A stretch of DNA of 64,000 nucleotides from an uncultured Smithella sp. (GCA_964632255.1 CAZWCA010000004.1:489-64488), one strand, 5' to 3'; positions 35,618 through 45,361 are shown, numbered from the stretch's first letter. Program-made: numbers and translations. Notes: generated by a model from the letters alone, not told the origin.

Positions 35618-37168
35618 CTATTTAATCCAGTTTCGCAATATATCGGCAAATTGTTTGGAATCAGCCCTTGCCATTTCTCTGGCAATTTCAGCATCAGTAA
35701 GCTCGTGGTTTCCTGAAGCCTGCCGCATTGCAACATGCGGTGTATATTGTTCTGAATGAGTTTCTCCGGGAAGACCGACCGGGAAAGGCATGTCCGGTAA
35801 TTGTGGAACCGGCTCGGGAGCTGCTTTTGTAATAGTGGTAATCATCGGGCGCACAATGAATAACAAAATGAATATTATTACGCCGGCTATTGCCATATAA
35901 CCAAATATCGGTGTGAATGTTTCTACTCTTTCTTTGAATGTTGGAGTCTCTTTTTCTTCCGCATCAACCTTGCGGAAAGGCATGTTTGTTACGACAACCT
36001 GATCGCCTCTTTGTGCATTGAACCCTGCTGCTTTACGTACCAACTCTTCAATTGAGTCGATTTCATTCTTTGTGCGCGGCTGATAAATCTCTTCGCCTTT
36101 TTCATTTTTCTTGTATGTACCGTCCACCAGAACAGCAATAGAAAGTTTTTTTGTATCTCCTAAAGGCATAACCGTTTTATTTACCACCTTGTTAATTTCA
36201 TAGTTAATTACTTCATCCAGTTTCTCCTTTTCCGGATTATCCGACACTGCTCCCGATTTTGAGACAGCATTATTTTTTTCCGAATTACGCTGTACGCTTC
36301 TGACCACCTGTGCTTCCGGGTCATATGATTCTTCGGTTTTTTCAGTTACACGAAAGTCAAGTTCCGCAGTTACCCTGACTACGGCTTTTTCTTTCCCTAC
36401 TACGTTTTCTATCAAAGACTGAATTCGGTTGGATAATTCTTTTTCCGTATTTCTCTGAAAATCAGCCTGTTGGACGGTTAACTTGGAAAATTTGGAATCA
36501 TTCTGAGAGGAAGAAAGGATAGTTCCCCTTGAATCCACAACCATCACATCTTCAGGATTCATACCTTCTATGGAACTGGCCACCAGATGAACTATACCTT
36601 CTATTTGTCCCGGCCGGATAGTTTTCCCTGATTTTAACCGCAGGGTAACAGAAGCAGTCGGCCTCTTTTGCTGTTCGGAAAAAAGTGAATCCTTCGGAAG
36701 CGCAATATGCACACGGCTGGACTGGATTTCATCGAGACCGTTAATCGTTCGCGCCAGCTCGCCCTGCAAGGCACGCCGGTAATTCAGTTGTTGTTCAAAT
36801 TCAGTCGCTCCGAGTGTTTTATTATCAAAAATTTCAAATCCGACCCCGCTGCCCTGCGGAAGTCCGGCAGCGGCAAGTTCCAGTCGTAATTCGGATACTT
36901 TTTCCGAAGGTACGGAAACGGCGTTTCCGGATGACGATATTTTATATGGAATCTTTTTTTCATTTAATTTGGCAACGATAGAACCTGCATCCTCAGCAGA
37001 TAAATTAGAAAAAAGAACTTTATAATCGATTTGATTTGTTAAGTAGACCATTAGACCGATACTGGCCGCTGCAGCCAGTGCAACCGACATCACCATGATT
37101 TTGCGGCCTAAACTCAGAGAATTAAAACCTGCCCATAATTTTGCTAAGAACAGTAAAATTGAATCCAT
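35618..37168 (-). CDS. fliF: MS-ring protein FliF
   Basis: 516 aa. N-terminal TM segment, LSAEDAGSIVAKLNEKKIPYK, LPQGSGVGFEIFD, and a second TM segment near the C-terminus. Confidence 0.95.
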   Translation of the reverse strand: MDSILLFLAKLWAGFNSLSLGRKIMVMSVALAAAASIGLMVYLTNQIDYKVLFSNLSAEDAGSIVAKLNEKKIPYKISSSGNAVSVPSEKVSELRLELAAAGLPQGSGVGFEIFDNKTLGATEFEQQLNYRRALQGELARTINGLDEIQSSRVHIALPKDSLFSEQQKRPTASVTLRLKSGKTIRPGQIEGIVHLVASSIEGMNPEDVMVVDSRGTILSSSQNDSKFSKLTVQQADFQRNTEKELSNRIQSLIENVVGKEKAVVRVTAELDFRVTEKTEESYDPEAQVVRSVQRNSEKNNAVSKSGAVSDNPEKEKLDEVINYEINKVVNKTVMPLGDTKKLSIAVLVDGTYKKNEKGEEIYQPRTKNEIDSIEELVRKAAGFNAQRGDQVVVTNMPFRKVDAEEKETPTFKERVETFTPIFGYMAIAGVIIFILLFIVRPMITTITKAAPEPVPQLPDMPFPVGLPGETHSEQYTPHVAMRQASGNHELTDAEIAREMARADSKQFADILRNWIK

Positions 37169-37199
37169 GGAGAAACCTGATTAAGAAGATTAAACAAAT

Positions 37200-37502
37200 T
37201 TATACCTGCATCCTCATAACTTCCTGATAAGCATCAAGAATTTTATTGCGAACCTGCATCATAACCTGGAAGGAGATACCGGCTTTTTCCAAAGCGATCA
37301 TTGCTTCATGAATTGAGCCTGCATCTTCCAGTTGAACCTTGGCAATTGATTTATCCGCATCATTTTGCAGTTTATTGATGTCCGAGATAGCATCTTTCAG
37401 CACGGAACCGAATGAGCTTCCACCGGCCTGTTTTTCGCCATCCGGTTTTTCAGGAGTTATACCAGTTGGGTTTATACCACCATGAATAATGACATCCGTC
37501 AT
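37200..37502 (-). CDS. fliE: Basal-body protein FliE
   Basis: FGSVLKDAISDINKLQNDADK...HEAMIALEKAGISFQVMMQVRNKILDAYQEVMRMQV. Confidence 0.93.
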   Translation of the reverse strand: MTDVIIHGGINPTGITPEKPDGEKQAGGSSFGSVLKDAISDINKLQNDADKSIAKVQLEDAGSIHEAMIALEKAGISFQVMMQVRNKILDAYQEVMRMQV

Positions 37503-37522
37503 GTTTTTGGCTCCATTATTAT

Positions 37523-37948
37523 TTATTTACCAATACTAATGGCTGTTACCGCCATGCTCTTCGCCGCATCAAAGGCGGTGGCACATGCTTCGTAAGTTCG
37601 GCCGGCCATTATCATGTCCGCCATCTCCAGCATTGCATTGACATTGGAGAAAGATACATAGCCGTCTTTATCAGCATCAGGATGAGCGGGATCATATACT
37701 CTTTTGAATCCTTCTTTTTCTTCAGTTATTCCCTTGACTTTCACTGCCCGTACTGCGCCTTCCAGAGTTTTATCAAAACCATTTTTTAAAGGGTCGGATG
37801 TAAAAGTGATTATTTTTCTTTTATAAGGGCCGCCCTCCGGAGTGCTGGTTGTGTTGACATTAGCCAAATTACTTGTAATTACATCCATTTTAGCCCGTTG
37901 GACTGAAAGCCCTGTGCCACAAATCTTGAAAGCGGTAAAAAATTCCAT
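37523..37948 (-). CDS. flgC: Proximal rod protein FlgC
   Basis: SGLSVQRAKMDVITSNLANVNTT...GYVSFSNVNAMLEMADMIMAGRTYEA. Confidence 0.95.
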   Translation of the reverse strand: MEFFTAFKICGTGLSVQRAKMDVITSNLANVNTTSTPEGGPYKRKIITFTSDPLKNGFDKTLEGAVRAVKVKGITEEKEGFKRVYDPAHPDADKDGYVSFSNVNAMLEMADMIMAGRTYEACATAFDAAKSMAVTAISIGK

Positions 37949-37949
37949 C

Positions 37950-38330
37950 TTACTTAGCCTCGGTTAAAATATTTTTTATACCTTTGAATTTTCTGGACAA
38001 TAATTCAACATTAAAATTAAACATTAAATGATTTTCAGCTAAATTCGTCATTTCCTTATCTAAATCGGCTTTTTCATCAGATTTTACCAATTCAAAATCA
38101 TCTTTGGTAATTTCTTTCTTCGTGTTGGGAAAATGTTTCTCATTTGTTCTTGTCAGAGGAACTTTCATTTCTATGGCCCTACGCAGGTTCTCTTTGAATA
38201 CATAATCCGCCGCCTTATAATCAGCAGAGTCCAAGTTGCTGATATTAGAAGCTATCACCTTGTTACGTTCCGAACGGTAATCAAGCATGGTGGATAGTAA
38301 ATTAAATGTCTTCCCGAATAATGATTCCAT
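37950..38330 (-). CDS. flgB: Proximal rod protein FlgB
   Basis: LDYRSERNKVIASNISNLDSADYKA. First gene after a sigma-54 promoter. Confidence 0.92.
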   Translation of the reverse strand: MESLFGKTFNLLSTMLDYRSERNKVIASNISNLDSADYKAADYVFKENLRRAIEMKVPLTRTNEKHFPNTKKEITKDDFELVKSDEKADLDKEMTNLAENHLMFNFNVELLSRKFKGIKNILTEAK

Positions 38331-38353
38331 CTTCGATCCTTTGCCAAATTATT

Positions 38354-38369
38354 TGCAAATCATGTACCA
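38354..38369 (-). promoter_or_regulatory. sigma-54 promoter for flgB operon
   Basis: Minus strand TGGTAC-atgat-TTGCA, in the 52-nt gap between the regulator stop and the flgB ATG. Confidence 0.75.
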
Positions 38370-38382
38370 AATAATTTCTTTG

Positions 38383-39801
38383 TCATTTTTCGTCGGCGGC
38401 AAGATCATTAATTCCGTATTCATGAAGCTTATTCCTCATTGTTCGCACGCTGATGCCCAGTATTTTCGACGCCTTGGTCTTATTCCAGTTGAATTTGTTT
38501 AATGTATCGAAGATCATGTTTTTTTCCATCTCGTATAGAGTTGATATTTTTTCATCATCATCGTCATTATTATTTTGTATCAGCGTTATTTCTTGTACCG
38601 GCGTTTCTTCGTCAGCCCTGGAATTAGAGACAACGTTTTCCAGCAATAAGTGTTCGGCGCCAATGCCGGCAGCATTACAAATTAAAACAGCCCTTTCCAT
38701 TACATTCTCCAGTTCCCGTACATTTCCCGGCCAGGAGTAGGCCTTTAATATTGCTTCGGCGGCATCTGTAAGAATAGGTTCCTTTTTTTCATTAACCTGA
38801 CTGTACTTTTTAATAAAGTGCTCCGCCAATAAAATGACATCACCATTTCGTTCCCTCAACGGCGGCACGATAACCGGAATGACATTCAGCCGGTAATATA
38901 GATCACTGCGAAAAGTCTTTTGGGCAATTCGATCCTGCAGATCGGCATTTGTCGTGGCGATTATCCGGGTATCAATCGGTATGGGCATCTTTCCACCTAC
39001 CCTGTCTACTTCAGCTTCCTGGATTACGCGCAACAATTTAGCCTGAAGTTGAACGTCCATTTCCGATATTTCATCAAGCAGAAGAGTGCCTCCATTGGCC
39101 AGTTCGAACTTGCCGATTTTTCGTGTAGTTGCTCCCGTAAAGGCTCCCTTTTCAAAACCGAACATTTCGCTTTCTAAAAGCTGAGTCGGAATCGCCGCAC
39201 AATTTACCGCTACAAAAGGCATATTGCGGCGGTTGCTGTACCTGTAAATATAACGGGCAAAAAGTTCTTTTCCCGTGCCGCTTTCCCCCTGGATGAGGAT
39301 GCTGGACTTACTCTTGGCCACATTTTTCAGCATATCCAGAATGGCCAGAATCTTCTTATCTTGCGTAATTATCTCTCTCACGGGATAAATATCGTCGATT
39401 GCCGAATCTTTCCGGCCCGCGTTTACTTGAGCACATCCCGCCAATACATTTTTCACTGCAAATTCCAGGTCGTCCAGTGAAAAGGGCTTCATTATGAATT
39501 CCGCCGCCCCTTCTTTCATTGCTTCGACTGCCGTATTAACAGTTCCATAAGCTGTGATCAGAATAACCGGCGTTGGCGGTGATATCTTCTTAACTCCCCG
39601 CAGAACGTCCATACCGGTCATCATGGGCATGCGCATATCGGTTACGACAACGGCAAATTGACCTTCTTTGAACTTTACTAATGCATCGGCGCCGTTTTCA
39701 GCAGTCTCCACTTCATATCCACAACTGCTTAATGATTCGTAGAGAGCCGTGCGCATCGATTCATCGTCATCTACAACAAGTAGTCTTTCGGAATTAATCA
39801 T
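38383..39801 (-). CDS. Sigma-54-dependent response regulator (NtrC family; FlrC/FleR/FlbD-like by context)
   Basis: REC domain (VVVTDMRMPMMTG), AAA+ domain ([36 protein letters not shown]), and a C-terminal Fis-type HTH. Confidence 0.9.
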   Translation of the reverse strand: MINSERLLVVDDDESMRTALYESLSSCGYEVETAENGADALVKFKEGQFAVVVTDMRMPMMTGMDVLRGVKKISPPTPVILITAYGTVNTAVEAMKEGAAEFIMKPFSLDDLEFAVKNVLAGCAQVNAGRKDSAIDDIYPVREIITQDKKILAILDMLKNVAKSKSSILIQGESGTGKELFARYIYRYSNRRNMPFVAVNCAAIPTQLLESEMFGFEKGAFTGATTRKIGKFELANGGTLLLDEISEMDVQLQAKLLRVIQEAEVDRVGGKMPIPIDTRIIATTNADLQDRIAQKTFRSDLYYRLNVIPVIVPPLRERNGDVILLAEHFIKKYSQVNEKKEPILTDAAEAILKAYSWPGNVRELENVMERAVLICNAAGIGAEHLLLENVVSNSRADEETPVQEITLIQNNNDDDDEKISTLYEMEKNMIFDTLNKFNWNKTKASKILGISVRTMRNKLHEYGINDLAADEK

Positions 39802-39812
39802 TCAATGATCTC

Positions 39813-41036
39813 TCAATTTTCATTAACTTCCGGCAGGAGAGGGAAGCTGAGATTAACAACCGTCCCTCCCGCGAGTGAGTTTTCCACATTAATGGCGCCA
39901 TTATGCTGACTGACGATATTATGTACTATAGCCAGCCCCAAGCCTGCCCCTCCCTGTTTTGTACTGAAGAAAGGATCAAATATTCTCGATAAATTTTCCT
40001 TAGGTATTCCCGGCCCGGAATCTTGAAAGATAATTTCGATCCTGGACGGTTCTTCGAGAATAAATTCTTCTGATGATGTCATTGTTTTAATTTTCAGTGT
40101 TCCGCCATCCGGCATCGCTTGTTGTGCATTTAGTATTATGTTTAGAAACACCTGTTTGATCATATCGGCTTCACCCTCGATGCACGCATGACCACCGTCA
40201 TATTCAGCAGCAATATCTATGCCGCCCTGTTCCATTATTTGTTCTGAAAAATCAATGACTTCATTTAAAATATGATGAATATTGATTCTCTTTTTTTCCG
40301 GCCGTTGTTTGCGGGTAAACATGAGCAGATTGGATATTTTGTTATCGACGTTTTTCACTGAAGAAATAATATGGACAACACGTTCCCGATCCTTCTTTTC
40401 CGGCAGATTTTTTAACAAAAGCGAAGCAAAAAGTTCAATGCTGCCTAAAGGATTGCGAATTTCATGAGCGATATTTGCCGCCATTTCCCCCATTGCCGCA
40501 AATTTTTCCGTTCGCTTGGCCATGTCTTCCAGTTTTTCAATGCGGGTAATATCCCGCAACACAAAAACATTTCCAATCGCAGCACCTCCCGGCGCCTTGA
40601 ACGGTGAGCAGAATATTTCCAGCGTCCGGCCATTTATTTTAACTTTGTTTCCCGATTCACCTTTGAAATATTCAGCCAAATTTATGGTGGGCCAGTCATT
40701 GACAACAATATTTTCAAAAAGAATACTGATATGCTGTCCGGCGGCACCGGCTTGACTCGTGCCGACAAACATTTCCGCGCAATGGTTCATCGTCTGAATT
40801 TTCCCATCCAGATCGGTGACAATAATGCCGGTGATCAAGCTTTCCAAAATGTTTTGCAGATAATTTTTTGTTTGTTCCTTTTCATGAACAGTCTTGACCA
40901 ATTCGGCATTTTTCTCTTCCAGCTCTTTATTTAAACCGGCAAAACGATCTTCCAGCCTGGCATAAGCCATTTGAAGGTCGGCTGTGGCTTTGTTAAAATT
41001 TTCAAAAGTCTGCTGAAGCAAAGCTATGTCTTTCAT
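39813..41036 (-). CDS. Cytoplasmic PAS sensor histidine kinase (FlrB/FleS-like by context)
   Basis: Coiled coil plus PAS domain. H-box AHEIRNPLGSI, N-box NIILNAQQAM, G-boxes DSGPGI and GGAGLGLAIV. Confidence 0.88.
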   Translation of the reverse strand: MKDIALLQQTFENFNKATADLQMAYARLEDRFAGLNKELEEKNAELVKTVHEKEQTKNYLQNILESLITGIIVTDLDGKIQTMNHCAEMFVGTSQAGAAGQHISILFENIVVNDWPTINLAEYFKGESGNKVKINGRTLEIFCSPFKAPGGAAIGNVFVLRDITRIEKLEDMAKRTEKFAAMGEMAANIAHEIRNPLGSIELFASLLLKNLPEKKDRERVVHIISSVKNVDNKISNLLMFTRKQRPEKKRINIHHILNEVIDFSEQIMEQGGIDIAAEYDGGHACIEGEADMIKQVFLNIILNAQQAMPDGGTLKIKTMTSSEEFILEEPSRIEIIFQDSGPGIPKENLSRIFDPFFSTKQGGAGLGLAIVHNIVSQHNGAINVENSLAGGTVVNLSFPLLPEVNEN

Positions 41037-41052
41037 CGGCGTTCTTTAACCT

Positions 41053-43533
41053 TTACTTTTTCAAATAATCTCCATACTTATCCCACCATTCACGATCGGC
41101 CGCGCAATAATCGGCAATCTTCGCCCAGAAACTTTCCGGTCCCGATTCAGTTTTGACTTTAGTAAATATTTTCTGAGCCTCGGCATATTCACCTTTTTTC
41201 AAATGATCCTGCCCCATTTGAATCATTGACCAGTACCTATTATCCGCTCCCGGAGACTGTGTTGAAGCCGCGTCATTTACCCGCTTTCGCTCAGCAAGGC
41301 CTGCCATATCTTTTTTAATTGAAGCCAATGATTTCTTGTTTTTGGGTGATGTTTGCGCAAGCGATTCATGCAGAACTTTTTCCGCTTCGTCAAATTTACC
41401 ACTTCCTATTTCCGCCTCGGCTATTCGATTTCTAATTTTAGCCGCGGTTTTACTATCCTTGCAGATATTTTTAAAATTTTTCAGAAGCCGGATACAGTCA
41501 TCGATAAGGCCGACATTCCTTAAACTGACTGCTATCTTATCAACGGTTTCATATTCTTCAGGCTGAAGGGGAACAGCTATATAGGCTTTAAAATAAGTGT
41601 CGGATACCGTAAAAAAATCATTCTTCCTGAAACTTTCATCAATCAAAGCAACCGCGGCCTGCTTTAGGCCCCTTCTTGCCTCATTCGCCATTTTACTTTG
41701 TGAATGCATTTTAAAAAATTCCAAATAAGTATCAATAGCAGCCTTGTTCTGCTTTAATTTATATAATGCATTGCCTTTCTGTAAGAGGGCGTTCTCAGCA
41801 ATTTCTCCTGTACTATTTTTTTTAAGCAGCAGATTGTATGCTTCAAGAGGGGCTTTATAATATTGAAAATTGCCGGCTGCAAAAAACACTCGATATCCCG
41901 GTTTGTCAATGCCAAGGGAAGCCATGGCCAAAATACTTTCGGTGGCTTCTCTACTTTCCGGATATCTATCAATTATTAAATTATAGATGTTCAGAGCTGC
42001 TGATATCTGATCCGCCGCTTTATAGGAATGGGCAAGCAATAGCAAAACCTCTTTTATCTTCTCATCATTTGGATAAATATTGGCATAAAAGGAAAATATT
42101 TTGCCTGCTTCGACATAGCTGCGCACAGAATATTTATGCTGTCCCATATCCCAAATAACTTCTTTCGGGACACCGCTGAAATTCGGCCATTTTTTTTGTG
42201 CATCATGAAACCATACCTCAGCACTGGCGGATTGTTGCATTCTGTAATTACAATCGGCCACCAAATAGAAAGCCTGTTTGGAAAAAGTTCCTCCCCGGTA
42301 TTTTAGAAGATAAGCGATCAGTTTATCTGATGCCAATCCGTATTTTCCGGTCTTATGTAACAATGAACCAATCCTGAAAGAAGCTTCGGAAACATAAACA
42401 GATTGGGGATATTTGTTAAGCAGGTTTTCATAATTTTTCATCGCTTCGAGGAAATTATCCAAAAATTCAAAAGTTCTGGCCAGCCGGAAATAGACTGCGG
42501 CATTTTCCCGTCTCTCATCAGGAAAACTTTGCAATGTATTTTGATAAAATTTAACGGCAAGAGATTGGTGTTCTTTACTTCCCTTTTCTCCCAGAAAGAA
42601 GTGGCAATCCGCCATATGCCGAAGTGCTCGTTCTCCTAAATCACTCCCGGTATCCGGACGCGCTACAAATTCTTTGAATGTGACCAGCGCTTTTTCATAA
42701 TTTTTATCTTTCAGTTCACCCAAAGCTTTGTCGTAAAGTACTGAACCGGAATTGGCTTCATCTTTTTCCGCGTAAAATTGTTCAGGCGCTTTGAGTTTGC
42801 CGGCTGATTTTTCCGATAGTGGATTATTAGGAACTTGCTGGATTTTCTTCCCGGCTTTTGCTTTCTTCTCCGCGATTACGGCGTTATTTTTTACGAGAGA
42901 CTCGCGAAGCTTGTTTTCATTTATAATCTGCGACCAGTTATTTTTATCAGGTTTTTCTTCCTTTGATTCATGATTCTCCTGTTTTAGTGCATTTTGACTG
43001 ATATTATTGTTTTCGCCGGCTTTGCGATAGCCGGCCTTAATGGCTTCGCTCTCCGATTTGAATAATACCCGGTGAGATTTCTTGACCTTGTTATAAAAAG
43101 GCATCCCCGGCAGGTGATAGCGTTTTGAATCCCTGTTCCCGATAACGATCACTGCTTTATCTGTTGACGCACCGGCGGATTTATAATTCTTTTCTTTACT
43201 TTGAGTTGCCTGATTTCCGGAAACCGGTAATATAAAGTACTTACTGAGTACCTTTTTTTTCACCATTTCTTCCGCAGACTGTACAGCCTTGTCTCTCGTT
43301 TCAAATTTTCCGGAGCATACTCTGTACCATATACCTTTTTTATTAATTTTTACCCGCGTAAAAAAAGCGGGATATCCATTCGCCTTCAAATTCTCAACAT
43401 CAAGTGCAGCCTGTTTACTTGTTTTATAAGAAGCGCAATGAACAGTATATAAATTCGCCCAGGCAATACCGGAGAAATTTAATGAAAGAAGAACGGTAAA
43501 TATAATAAAAAAATTTAGAGTTTTTATTGCCAT
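41053..43533 (-). CDS. Secreted SPOR-domain plus TPR-repeat protein (826 aa)
   Basis: Signal peptide. SPOR-like YTVHCASYKTSKQAALDVENLKANGYPAFFTRVKINKKGIWYRVCSGKF. A GN..SK.YH.PG...F.S..EA..AGYR motif (Cys-less Ada-Zn-like). More than 450 aa of TPR-like repeats. Confidence 0.75.
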   Translation of the reverse strand: MAIKTLNFFIIFTVLLSLNFSGIAWANLYTVHCASYKTSKQAALDVENLKANGYPAFFTRVKINKKGIWYRVCSGKFETRDKAVQSAEEMVKKKVLSKYFILPVSGNQATQSKEKNYKSAGASTDKAVIVIGNRDSKRYHLPGMPFYNKVKKSHRVLFKSESEAIKAGYRKAGENNNISQNALKQENHESKEEKPDKNNWSQIINENKLRESLVKNNAVIAEKKAKAGKKIQQVPNNPLSEKSAGKLKAPEQFYAEKDEANSGSVLYDKALGELKDKNYEKALVTFKEFVARPDTGSDLGERALRHMADCHFFLGEKGSKEHQSLAVKFYQNTLQSFPDERRENAAVYFRLARTFEFLDNFLEAMKNYENLLNKYPQSVYVSEASFRIGSLLHKTGKYGLASDKLIAYLLKYRGGTFSKQAFYLVADCNYRMQQSASAEVWFHDAQKKWPNFSGVPKEVIWDMGQHKYSVRSYVEAGKIFSFYANIYPNDEKIKEVLLLLAHSYKAADQISAALNIYNLIIDRYPESREATESILAMASLGIDKPGYRVFFAAGNFQYYKAPLEAYNLLLKKNSTGEIAENALLQKGNALYKLKQNKAAIDTYLEFFKMHSQSKMANEARRGLKQAAVALIDESFRKNDFFTVSDTYFKAYIAVPLQPEEYETVDKIAVSLRNVGLIDDCIRLLKNFKNICKDSKTAAKIRNRIAEAEIGSGKFDEAEKVLHESLAQTSPKNKKSLASIKKDMAGLAERKRVNDAASTQSPGADNRYWSMIQMGQDHLKKGEYAEAQKIFTKVKTESGPESFWAKIADYCAADREWWDKYGDYLKK

Positions 43534-43580
43534 TTTTTATAAAAATTCTTTTTTTTATTCATTTTTACTCTTCATAATTA

Positions 43581-43596
43581 AGCAATTTATATACCA
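43581..43596 (-). promoter_or_regulatory. sigma-54 promoter for SPOR-TPR / kinase / regulator operon
   Basis: Minus strand TGGTAT-ataaa-TTGCT, about 48 nt upstream of ATG 43533. Confidence 0.6.
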
Positions 43597-43848
43597 GATC
43601 GTCTTTTGCCTGTTTTATTCAGGTATTGTCTTTAAAAAGCTCTTTAAATTCTTCTTAAATCCTGTTTCTGTCAATTAGTCAGCTTAAGAGCCAATATTTT
43701 GACTTGTTCAAGTCAATCATGATTTTTTTAGAAGAAGTTCGGAATGACTTCTGAAAAATATGTGGTCCCGATAAATTTCAAACAGCCTAACCATACTAAT
43801 CCACCGATATTATATTTGATGTTGTATAAAGATTATGATTAATAAAAA

Positions 43849-43864
43849 TGGCAAATTATTTGCA
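43849..43864 (+). promoter_or_regulatory. sigma-54 promoter for pilZ-motA-motB
   Basis: Plus strand TGGCAA-attat-TTGCA, 35 nt upstream of ATG 43899. Confidence 0.7.
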
Positions 43865-43898
43865 TGATATTTTTTAAAAAAACATTTTAGGATGAACC

Positions 43899-44438
43899 AT
43901 GGATGATCAGGATATACTAAACGATGAAAGTCAAAGACAATATTCACGTGTCGATGCTTACATCCCTCTGGAGTATAAATTAATAGATCCCGAACATAGG
44001 CAATATATGCGTTCCCGCGTGGCCGGAGATATAGTTCTTTCCGAATTCAAGTCTTTACCTGATCCTGACGATCAAATAATAGCTGAATGGTTGAAGACAA
44101 TTAACACCAAATTAAATACCATCATCCGTATGTTGACTATGCATCATGAAGGATTTGATCAAATGCCTTTAAGAAAAGTGAATATCAGCGGTGGTGGAAT
44201 CAGTTTTTCTGCGGATTCATCATTCACACCCGGAGAGATCATTGAATTCAAATTAATATTGACCATGCAATATCCTTTATCACTTTTTTTATACGGCGAA
44301 GTAATTGAAATATGCAACCACAATACTGAATACAATACATTTGTTCGATTTATCGCAATTGATGATTTTGTTCGGGATGAAATTATCAGATTTGTCTTTG
44401 AAAGGGAGAGGGAAATTCTTCGGGAAAAAAGGAAGTAG
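43899..44438 (+). CDS. PilZ-domain protein (candidate c-di-GMP receptor coupled to the stator genes)
   Basis: RxxxR motif (QRQYSRV, aa 12-18) and (D/N)xSxxG motif (NISGGGISF, aa 95-103). About 75 aa with a predicted helix (IIAEWLKTINTKLNTIIRMLT) lie between them. It is immediately upstream of motA. Confidence 0.8.
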   Translation: MDDQDILNDESQRQYSRVDAYIPLEYKLIDPEHRQYMRSRVAGDIVLSEFKSLPDPDDQIIAEWLKTINTKLNTIIRMLTMHHEGFDQMPLRKVNISGGGISFSADSSFTPGEIIEFKLILTMQYPLSLFLYGEVIEICNHNTEYNTFVRFIAIDDFVRDEIIRFVFEREREILREKRK

Positions 44439-44451
44439 CCCTAATTAATTC

Positions 44452-45321
44452 ATGTTTCCTATAATCGGCATTATCATTGTTACTGGCTGCGTAATCGGCG
44501 GTTATTTGCTGGAACACGGCAACATGTCCGTTATTTTTCAGCCCGTCGAATTTATGATTATCGGTGGTGCAGCTATCGGCAGCTTTGTTATAGCATCCCC
44601 AATCCATGTCATTAAATCCGTAATTTCTGCTTTTATCGGTCTGTTCAAACATTCACCCAGGAACAAGCAGGATTATATTGATATTCTAATGCTGCTCAAT
44701 GGAATTTTTTATAAAATAAGACAACAGGGACTTGTTTCTATCGAATCCGATGTAGATTCACCTCAGGAAAGTCCTTTATTTACAAAGTATCCCATTATAT
44801 TAAAAAATCATGCGGCGATTGATCTGATAACAGATACATTGCGTACAGTTATGACAACGACAATTGCCCCCCATGAACTGGAAGCACTCATCGACCACGA
44901 ATTGGAAACCCACCATGAAGAGGCGCTGATCCCTGCACATAGTGTTAACACCATCGCCGACGGACTCCCCGGTTTGGGAATTGTTGCCTGCGTTCTGGGA
45001 ATTGTTTTAACCATGGGTAAAATCAAGGAACCTCCTGAAATTTTGGGTGCCAGTGTCGGCGCCGCTCTGGTCGGAACATTCATGGGTGTTCTCTTATCTT
45101 ACGGTTATGTCGGCCCGATGGGAAAACATCTGGAATTTATTGCTGCAGAAGATCTGCAATATATGAATGTAATTAAAGTCGCCCTGCTCGCTTTCATCGG
45201 CGGTGGTGCCGCACCAAAAGTCGCAGTTGAATTCGGCCGCCGGGTTATACCGGCAAAAATGAAACCTTCTTTCATTGAAATGGAAGATGCATTCCGGGAA
45301 GCAAAGAAAATACAAGCATAA
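44452..45321 (+). CDS. motA: Stator protein MotA
   Basis: 289 aa, four TM segments, MotA/TolQ/ExbB channel region GLPGLGIVACVLGIVLTMG...ALVGTFMGVLLSYG. Confidence 0.93.
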   Translation: MFPIIGIIIVTGCVIGGYLLEHGNMSVIFQPVEFMIIGGAAIGSFVIASPIHVIKSVISAFIGLFKHSPRNKQDYIDILMLLNGIFYKIRQQGLVSIESDVDSPQESPLFTKYPIILKNHAAIDLITDTLRTVMTTTIAPHELEALIDHELETHHEEALIPAHSVNTIADGLPGLGIVACVLGIVLTMGKIKEPPEILGASVGAALVGTFMGVLLSYGYVGPMGKHLEFIAAEDLQYMNVIKVALLAFIGGGAAPKVAVEFGRRVIPAKMKPSFIEMEDAFREAKKIQA

Positions 45322-45361
45322 CCATGATAATAATGGAAACGATTAATTTTATAGGATTGAT

